A stretch of DNA of 54,500 bases. Origin: an uncultured Candidatus Saccharibacteria bacterium. Lineage in GTDB: Bacteria; Patescibacteriota; Saccharimonadia; Saccharimonadales; Saccharimonadaceae. The notes below the pieces were generated by a model, which worked only from the letters and a program-made list of their open reading frames with translations, searched no databases and was not told the DNA's origin. Position 1 is the stretch's first letter; each line of letters begins with the position of its first letter. Where the stretch lies: NCBI GenBank assembly GCA_964503305.1, contig CAZCZD010000001.1:1-54500 (forward strand). Direction: 5' to 3'. Shown here one piece after another: positions 48,035-54,500 of the stretch. The translations under genes were made by a program, and so were the position numbers.

Positions 48035-49066
48035 ATGGCAAAGTCCGAAAAGACCGCAAAGGCAGAAAAAACAGAAAAGAATGACGGTAAAAGTGAAGCA
48101 TTAAAACTTGCCGTTGCTCAGATTACAAAACAATTCGGTGAAGGCTCAATCATGAAGCTCGGCGAAACGAAAAAGATTGATGTCGAACTCATTCACTCAG
48201 GTTCACTTTCGCTTGATTTGGCGCTTGGTGGTGGTTATCCAAAAGGGCGCATCATCGAGATTTATGGTCCAGAATCATCTGGTAAAACCACACTCGCACT
48301 CCACGCAATTGCTGAAATTCAAAAAACTGGTGGACAGGCCGCATTTATCGATGCAGAGCACGCACTTGATCCAGCTTACGCAAAAAGAATTGGTGTCGAC
48401 ACTGATAATCTTTTGATTTCACAACCAGACAACGGTGAGTCTGCACTCGAAATTTGTGAAACACTTGTTCGCTCTGGCGCAGTCGATTTAATCGTAGTTG
48501 ACTCAGTTGCAGCACTTGTACCTCAAGCTGAAATTGATGGCGACATGGGCGACGCACAGATGGGCCTTCAAGCACGTTTGATGTCTCAGGCTATGCGTAA
48601 GCTCACCGGCATCATCGCAAAATCAAAAGCTACAGTTATCTTCATTAACCAGATTCGTATGAAGATTGGCGTGATGTTTGGCAACCCTGAAACTACAACC
48701 GGCGGTAACGCTCTTAAGTTCTATGCTTCGGTTCGTATCGATATTCGCCGCATCGGCCAAATTAAAGATGGCGACAATATTTCTGGTAACAGAACAAAAA
48801 TTAAAGTTGTTAAGAATAAGATTGCTGCACCATTCAGAACCGCAGAATTCGACATTATGTATAACGAAGGTATTTCGAAGACCGGCGACATTCTCGACCT
48901 CGCAGTACAATATGGCGTAATCGACAAGGCTGGTGCCTTCCTTAAATACAACGGCGAGACAATTGGCCAAGGCCGCGAAGCAGTCAAGAAACTCTTCAAA
49001 GAAAATCCTGAACTGATGGCTGAAATTGAAGCAAAAGTTCGCGAAAAAGCAACCGCGGAGGAATAA
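48035..49066 (+). CDS. recA: Recombinase A
   Basis: [21 protein letters not shown] and [10 protein letters not shown] motifs. Confidence 0.98.
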   Translation: MAKSEKTAKAEKTEKNDGKSEALKLAVAQITKQFGEGSIMKLGETKKIDVELIHSGSLSLDLALGGGYPKGRIIEIYGPESSGKTTLALHAIAEIQKTGGQAAFIDAEHALDPAYAKRIGVDTDNLLISQPDNGESALEICETLVRSGAVDLIVVDSVAALVPQAEIDGDMGDAQMGLQARLMSQAMRKLTGIIAKSKATVIFINQIRMKIGVMFGNPETTTGGNALKFYASVRIDIRRIGQIKDGDNISGNRTKIKVVKNKIAAPFRTAEFDIMYNEGISKTGDILDLAVQYGVIDKAGAFLKYNGETIGQGREAVKKLFKENPELMAEIEAKVREKATAEE

Positions 49067-49068
49067 TT

Positions 49069-49917
49069 TTGGAAGCGAAAAAAGTCACCGACCTTCGGGT
49101 CGGTGTTCGCGACGAGAATCGAGTTAACGTTTTTTTGGATGGGAAATTTGCGTTTTCTTTAACGATTCAACAAGTTTCAGATTTTAAACTGAAGCGTGGC
49201 TCGATTCTTTCTGAAGACGAAATTGAAAAAATTCAGAAGGCTTCGGACTTCGGAAAACTTTTTCAAAGAGCGCTCGAATATGCGCTTTCGCGCCCACATT
49301 CAGAGCGAGAAATTCGCGACTATTTAAAGCGAAAAAAGTTGAAACGAGAAATCGAGCAAAAACGATTCGATTCATTTTTGGAGCGACTAAAAAATGACGA
49401 GACTTACGCGGAGCATGTGAAAGAAATTCGAAAAAACGTTCGCGAAAAGAATAAAAAACTTTCAGAAAAAGATTTCACAGAAGACAACCGTTTTGAATAT
49501 GTCGGACGAGCAAAAACTGGTTTGCCAACAAAGCCTGGTGCGCCGATTTCGGAAGAAGATATCGAGGCGGTAGTTGCGAAGTTGATTGATTTAAAAATCA
49601 TTGACGATGAAAATTTCGCGAGATATTTTGTTTCAAATCGCAATCAAATTAAAGGGACTTCCGAAAAGAAATTGCGCCTTGAGTTAAGGAACAAAGGGGT
49701 TGCGGAAGAAACCATCCGTGAAGTTTTAGCCGAAGATGAATTTGGCGAAAAAATTCGTGATGATAAAGTTGAAATCATGAAGATGATTGAGAAAAAGCGT
49801 CGCCGCGGATACGACGACGCTAAGCTTACGCAATATCTTGCAAGGCAAGGTTTTTCTTACGATTTAATCAAAGAAAGCTTACGCAGCGTTAGTGAAGACG
49901 TTGACGACATCATCTAA
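49069..49917 (+). CDS. recX: RecX family regulator with an internal insertion
   Basis: Directly follows recA; RVNVFLDG, SRPHSEREI, DDENFA, ELRNKGV and YLARQGF motifs; TTG start. Confidence 0.85.
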   Translation: MEAKKVTDLRVGVRDENRVNVFLDGKFAFSLTIQQVSDFKLKRGSILSEDEIEKIQKASDFGKLFQRALEYALSRPHSEREIRDYLKRKKLKREIEQKRFDSFLERLKNDETYAEHVKEIRKNVREKNKKLSEKDFTEDNRFEYVGRAKTGLPTKPGAPISEEDIEAVVAKLIDLKIIDDENFARYFVSNRNQIKGTSEKKLRLELRNKGVAEETIREVLAEDEFGEKIRDDKVEIMKMIEKKRRRGYDDAKLTQYLARQGFSYDLIKESLRSVSEDVDDII

Positions 49918-50580
49918 GTCGTCGATTGCTTCGAGAAGTTTCGAAACTTTTTCTTCATCTTCACCTTCAACAGGAACAGTTGTAGTTGGGACATATTTAA
50001 GTTCAGCTGAAGTGACGGTCATGCCAGCATCAATCAAAGCTTGGCGAACTTTCATAAGATCGGTTTGAGCGGTGATGATTTCGATGCCGTCTTCTTCTTC
50101 AGACGCATCTTCAGCGCCAGCTTCGAGCGCAGACATTAAAGCCTCTTCACCCTTATCAGAAATAAAGATGACGCCTTTGTGCTCAAATTGAAACATGACA
50201 GAACCTGGATCAGCCATACGACCGCCGTTTTTATCGAGAGTGTGGCGAACTTCTGGCATGGTGCGGTTTTTGTTGTCGGTCGCAACTTCGATGATGATGC
50301 CGACGCCTGCTGGGCCATAAGCTTCGTAAGTTTCTTCAATCATTGCTGCAGCGTTTTTATCAGCAGCGCGAGCGATTGCACGTTCAATGTTTGCTTTTGG
50401 CATGTTAGCATGGCGAGCTTTTTCAAGCACCATTGCAAGCGATGGGTTCATTGCTGGATCTTGGCCTGCGCGAGCAGCGATAGCGATTTGGTTTCCGATT
50501 TTTGTGAAGAGAGCACCGCGTTTTGCGTCAACAACAGCTTTTTGACGCTTCGTGGTTTCCCATTTACTGTGTCCTGACAT
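49879..50580 (-). CDS. yebC: YebC/PmpR family protein
   Basis: MSGHSKW, YEAYGP, TDNKNRT and DDLDDVVNVF motifs. Confidence 0.95.
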   Translation of the reverse strand: MSGHSKWETTKRQKAVVDAKRGALFTKIGNQIAIAARAGQDPAMNPSLAMVLEKARHANMPKANIERAIARAADKNAAAMIEETYEAYGPAGVGIIIEVATDNKNRTMPEVRHTLDKNGGRMADPGSVMFQFEHKGVIFISDKGEEALMSALEAGAEDASEEEDGIEIITAQTDLMKVRQALIDAGMTVTSAELKYVPTTTVPVEGEDEEKVSKLLEAIDDLDDVVNVFTNAA

Positions 50581-50650
50581 ATTTTGTTCCTTAAAAAATT
50601 AACGATTTATAAATACTTGTCTATATTATATCACAAACAGAGAAAAAATA

Positions 50651-50679
50651 TTGAATTTACCCTGAAAATGTGTTAAAAT
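50651..50679 (+). promoter_or_regulatory. Sigma70 promoter of hppA
   Basis: TTGAAT-17 nt-TAAAAT with a TG extension. Confidence 0.7.
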
Positions 50680-50760
50680 ATCATCATGTGGGCAAGCGTT
50701 GAGGAGCGTTGCCCGATTTTATAGTTTAGCAAACACGCACATTAAAAGGGAGGTGAGTTT

Positions 50761-52887
50761 ATGGAGCAAATTCTCATGCTTGTTTTGCTAGTAGTTGTTG
50801 GGGCTATTTCGATGGCCATGAAGAACTATTTCAATATCAAGAAGCCGAAAAAGATTCTTCCTGAGGAAACCAAAATCCAGGAGATGAACGAACTTTCGGA
50901 AATTATCCGAAGCGGCGCGAAGACTTTTATGATTACTGAGTATAAGATAATCATTTTGGTCGTTATTACAATCGCTGTTTTGTTCACTCTCTTTATCGAG
51001 GTATCTTCAGGTCTTACGTTTCTGCTTGGTGCATGCATGAGTTCTGCTGCTTGTATTCTTGGTATGGTTAGTGCAACCTATGCTAATTTTAGGGTTGCAA
51101 GACGTGCTTATAGATGCAAGAAAGTTGGACGTACTGTTCGCACCGCATTAAAAGGTGGTTGCGTAAGCGGTCTCTCAGTTGAGGCCTTCGGTATTCTCGG
51201 ACTCATTTTAATTCTTTTCGTCTCTGGTGGGATCGATTTAGACGCGACGTCACACGGATTACTAATCAACTTTGCGTGTAACCCGATTACCATGAGATTA
51301 ACAACTTATTCACTTGGTTGTTCCCTTGTCGCAATGTTTAACCGTGTTGCTGGTGGTAACTATACTAAAGCAGCCGATATCAGCGCAGACATCGTGGGAA
51401 AGATTAGAATGGACATGCCCGAAGATGACAGTCGTATGCCAAATACGATTGCTGACTTCATTGGTGATAACGTAAACGATATCGCTGGTAACTGCTCGGA
51501 CCTTTTGGAGAGCTTTGTTGCCACCATGGTCGCAAGTCTACTGATTGCTGGAACAATTTTCAGAAGCGCAGGCGAGCCTGATATACAGCTCTATCTTGCT
51601 ACATTGAAATTCCCGATTGCCCTCGCAGGCATTGGGCTTCTCGCATGCATTGTGGGATTGGCTTATTCGCTACACCATAAGAATAGCGACAATCCTTCGC
51701 TTGAACTTAATATGGCAACATATATTTCAGCGGCAATCACAATTCTTGGTAGCGCAGGCGCAGCGAGCTACATCTTTGGAAGAATCGAACTTTATAATTC
51801 GTTCAAATTAGGATGGGGCTCTCCTTGGGTAGCAGCTATCTTCGGAATTGCATCTGGCGTACTCGTTGGCAAAATCACCGAATATTACACTGGAACGGAA
51901 TACAAACCCGTTCGATCACTGGCCGAAATCTCGGTCGAAGGCGAAGCTTTCGTTGTTACAAAGGGCGACGCAATCGGCTCAAGATCCGTAATACTTCCTT
52001 GTATTGTAATTGGTGTTTCACTTCTGATGTCATGGTGGCTTTGTGGCATTTATGGCATCGCAATTGCAGCACTCGGAATGTTATCGTTTGTAGCGACGAC
52101 GGTTTCCATTGATGCTTTTGGTCCAATCGCAGACAATGCGGGTGGTATCGCCGAAGGCTGTCAGCTTCCAGATGAAATTCGTGCAATCACAGACAAGCTT
52201 GATGCCGTAGGTAACACTACTGCAGCAATCGGCAAAGGTTTTGCGATTGGTTCAGCAGCATATGCGACAGTTTCACTCATATTTGCATACGTCGGAAGTT
52301 ATTCGACCGGCGAAGCTGTGCTTAATATCGCAAGTCCACTTGTTATCGTTGGTGCAATCATCGGCGGCGCACTTGTTGAGTACTTCTCGGCAATGCTGAC
52401 TGATAACACAGTTGAATCCGCACACCTTTTGGCAGATGCGGGAGCAGCTCAACTGACACCTGAAGTTATGGAAAGAAAGGTTAAGCCTGACTATAACATG
52501 ATTATCGAGATGGCCGCAAAGCAGGCGCTCAAGAAAATGTTAGTTCCATCGCTTCTTGCACTGTTCATTCCTGTGGTTGGTGGTTTCATTTGTGGCGTAG
52601 AATTCGTCGGCGGCATGCTCGTCGGCGCTACCGTTGTAGCAATTCCTCGTGCAATCTTCATGGGCAACTCTGGAGGTGCATGGGATAACGCTAAGAAATA
52701 TGTTGAGGCAGGCATGCTTTCCGGACACGGAAAAGGCTCAGCCGCTCACAAGGCAACTGTTGTTGGTGACACCGTTGGTGACACCAGAAAAGACGTCGTT
52801 GGTGTTGCGCTTGATATCTTTATTAAGACAATGTCGACGGTCGCTAATACATTGGCTCCAGTGTTTGCAAGCATACATATTTTATAA
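50761..52887 (+). CDS. hppA: Membrane-bound cation-translocating pyrophosphatase (K+-dependent, probably Na+)
   Basis: GGNYTKAADISADIVGK, PEDD, DFIGDNVND, GPIADNAGG, GNTTAA, GGAWDNAKK and GDTVGD motifs. Confidence 0.93.
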   Translation: MEQILMLVLLVVVGAISMAMKNYFNIKKPKKILPEETKIQEMNELSEIIRSGAKTFMITEYKIIILVVITIAVLFTLFIEVSSGLTFLLGACMSSAACILGMVSATYANFRVARRAYRCKKVGRTVRTALKGGCVSGLSVEAFGILGLILILFVSGGIDLDATSHGLLINFACNPITMRLTTYSLGCSLVAMFNRVAGGNYTKAADISADIVGKIRMDMPEDDSRMPNTIADFIGDNVNDIAGNCSDLLESFVATMVASLLIAGTIFRSAGEPDIQLYLATLKFPIALAGIGLLACIVGLAYSLHHKNSDNPSLELNMATYISAAITILGSAGAASYIFGRIELYNSFKLGWGSPWVAAIFGIASGVLVGKITEYYTGTEYKPVRSLAEISVEGEAFVVTKGDAIGSRSVILPCIVIGVSLLMSWWLCGIYGIAIAALGMLSFVATTVSIDAFGPIADNAGGIAEGCQLPDEIRAITDKLDAVGNTTAAIGKGFAIGSAAYATVSLIFAYVGSYSTGEAVLNIASPLVIVGAIIGGALVEYFSAMLTDNTVESAHLLADAGAAQLTPEVMERKVKPDYNMIIEMAAKQALKKMLVPSLLALFIPVVGGFICGVEFVGGMLVGATVVAIPRAIFMGNSGGAWDNAKKYVEAGMLSGHGKGSAAHKATVVGDTVGDTRKDVVGVALDIFIKTMSTVANTLAPVFASIHIL

Positions 52888-52915
52888 TTTATTCGCACTT
52901 TTAAACTCCTCAAAA

Positions 52916-52946
52916 ATCCCCCGGCAAGTCCGGGGGATGCTTTTTT
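52916..52946. terminator. Intrinsic terminator between hppA and ruvA
   Basis: ATCCCCCGG-CAAGT-CCGGGGGAT with flanking A and T tracts. Confidence 0.8.
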
Positions 52947-53529
52947 ATCGATTTTTCAGAGCGGCTTTAATTCTTTCTTCGACACTAAGGCTTTTATCAA
53001 TATTTTCGAGGGCTTCGGTTGCTTCTTTTAGCGGGAAGCCAAGAGCGATGAGGGCATCGAGAGCTTCGTCTTTTTCTGGTTTAAGGTTTCCGGTTGGGAC
53101 GAAGACTGCGGTTGAGCCGACATGGGACGGGAGTCCAACTTTGTCGCGAAGGTCAACGATGACGCGTTCGGCAGATTTTTTGCCAACGCCAGAAGCTTTC
53201 GAGATGAAAGCGACATCGGCGTTTGCAATGGCATTTCGAACATCTTCTGGAGCGGCGAGAGAAAGAATTGCCATACCGGCTTTAGGGCCAACACCATTCA
53301 CAGAAGTCAGGAGCTCGAAAAGTTTTTTCGCAGCAAGACTCGAAAAACCATAGAGGTCTTCTCCATTTTCGCGGACGGAATGATGAGTGTAGAATTTCTC
53401 CGTTTCACCAACAGTGATGGCGTCGAAATCGAGAGCGGTCAGAGCGATTTCATAGCCAACACCATTCACATCGACAATCACAGAGTTGTCAAATTTCTCT
53501 GCAACTTCGCCTATAATATGCGCAATCAT
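52945..53529 (-). CDS. ruvA: Holliday junction branch migration protein RuvA
   Basis: VNGVGYEI, LYGF, VNGVGPK, GVGKKSAERVIVDL and ALIALGF motifs. Confidence 0.95.
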   Translation of the reverse strand: MIAHIIGEVAEKFDNSVIVDVNGVGYEIALTALDFDAITVGETEKFYTHHSVRENGEDLYGFSSLAAKKLFELLTSVNGVGPKAGMAILSLAAPEDVRNAIANADVAFISKASGVGKKSAERVIVDLRDKVGLPSHVGSTAVFVPTGNLKPEKDEALDALIALGFPLKEATEALENIDKSLSVEERIKAALKNR

Positions 53530-53921
53530 TATTTATTCTCGCGATTTTTCTTAATATATTCGTCTTCTTTTTCGAGGACGGCGCGGAGAGTATATTCTTT
53601 GCATTTAGCGTTTTCGCAGTTTGCAGGCTCGTAAGTATAAGAGCTGCCTTCGATACCAAGATTAATACCGTAAGGATCAGTGAAAAGTTGTGGATCCATT
53701 ACCTTCAAATTTTCTTCGGAAATCTCTTCAGGATAATAGCCATTTTGGACATAAAAACCTTCTTCAAGAGCATAATACATCGCATTAATTGCTTCTTTTC
53801 TCTGTTCGTCGCGGTGCATTGCGTCAGTGTTGATTTTTTGGATGAAGAACAAAACGACGAGAAGTGTTGCGAAAACAATCACGACGGAAAGTTCAATAAT
53901 TGTGAAACCTCTTTTTCTCAT
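53529..53921 (-). CDS. Type IV pilin/pseudopilin-like protein
   Basis: Class III signal KRGFTIIEL followed by a hydrophobic helix; GYYP, DP and a C-terminal Cys pair. Confidence 0.85.
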   Translation of the reverse strand: MRKRGFTIIELSVVIVFATLLVVLFFIQKINTDAMHRDEQRKEAINAMYYALEEGFYVQNGYYPEEISEENLKVMDPQLFTDPYGINLGIEGSSYTYEPANCENAKCKEYTLRAVLEKEDEYIKKNRENK

Positions 53922-53990
53922 ATGCTTATTATATCACACACAGAAAGCTTGGACTAGACAACGAGGGAAATTTTTGTTATAATAGCACAT

Positions 53991-54076
53991 GGAAGGGTGG
54001 CCGAGTGGTTGATGGCACTGGTCTTGAAAACCAGCAAGTTAACGCTTCGCAGGTTCGAATCCTGTCCCTTCCGCCA
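53991..54076 (+). tRNA. tRNA-Ser(TGA)
   Basis: Acceptor GGAAGGG/CCCTTCC, anticodon arm CTGGT-CTTGAAA-ACCAG, variable arm, GGTTCGAATCC, G73, CCA. Confidence 0.95.
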
Positions 54077-54083
54077 TTTTATG

Positions 54084-54104
54084 ATAGCCGAGAGGCTATT
54101 TTTT
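54084..54104 (+). terminator. Terminator after tRNA-Ser
   Basis: ATAGCC-GAGA-GGCTATTTTTT. Confidence 0.75.
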
Positions 54105-54231
54105 GTGTCTATTGGTGCGTCTAAATAACAGAGGTAAAATGGTACAAATTGACATTTCTATTCGGGTTCTTAGGAAGTTGGCTCAATAAACGGCTATTCT
54201 AGTTATGCTAGAGTTTTGTTGGAAAGGAGAA

Positions 54232-54309
54232 ATGATGAAAATTCTAAAAATTCAACTTTTCTGGAAATTCATCAGTTTCGAGATTACTTTCGGGCAAAAA
54301 ACTCGCTAG
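54232..54309 (+). CDS. Putative 25-aa peptide (type I toxin-like)
   Basis: SD GAAAGGAG, then MMKILKIQLFWKFISFEITFGQKTR*; downstream terminator at 54336-54380. Confidence 0.55.
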   Translation: MMKILKIQLFWKFISFEITFGQKTR

Positions 54310-54375
54310 CGTAAGCTAGCAAGTTTTGTCCTTCCGTAGTGGATGTAGCTAATACTAGATAAGCTACATCTGCTA
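54296..54375 (-). ncRNA. Putative ~80-nt antisense RNA (antitoxin-like)
   Basis: Minus-strand TGATATAAT at 54381-54389 and minus-strand terminator AAAACTTGCTAGC-TTAC-GCTAGCGAGTTTTTT. Confidence 0.5.
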
Positions 54376-54500
54376 CTTTTATTATATCAAAGCATTAAAA
54401 TTATTTAAATACTATTATGGACGAGATAAACCTTCCTCTAACTATACCGGGTCGGAGACGGCACAGAACCTGAATCCGTCCAACGCCACAGCGGTTACGG

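Noticed and set aside
54325-54336. att-like duplication of the tRNA-Ser 3' end (GTCCTTCCG versus GTCCCTTCCG)
   Set aside because: Short and imperfect, with no integrase in view; better explained as an anti-SD fold-back.

Overview
This is a 54.5-kb chromosomal window from a compact, code-11 bacterium. Gene content and style point to Candidatus Saccharibacteria (Patescibacteria/CPR), probably host- or gut-associated; this is an inference from the stand-alone VirB6-like protein, split phosphoketolase, short HrcA/TilS, TIGN-type TyrS and many leaderless genes. The backbone is housekeeping genes (folD, murB, pgi, tpiA, tyrS, class A PBP, adk, grpE, hrcA, lepA, tilS, nrdDG, recA, recX, yebC, ruvA) plus four tRNAs, interspersed with surface-protein and orphan genes. 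Three observations stand out. (1) At least four accessory transcription units share a non-coding architecture: a boxA-like motif leads into a leader segment complementary to the trailer just after the stop codon, so the ORFs would be looped out like rRNAs in a pre-rRNA. (2) All three FISUMP-like surface-protein paralogues are disabled by a single, different lesion. (3) An unannotated type I toxin-antitoxin-like locus lies next to tRNA-Ser. No CRISPR array, integrase, transposase or reverse transcriptase was seen.
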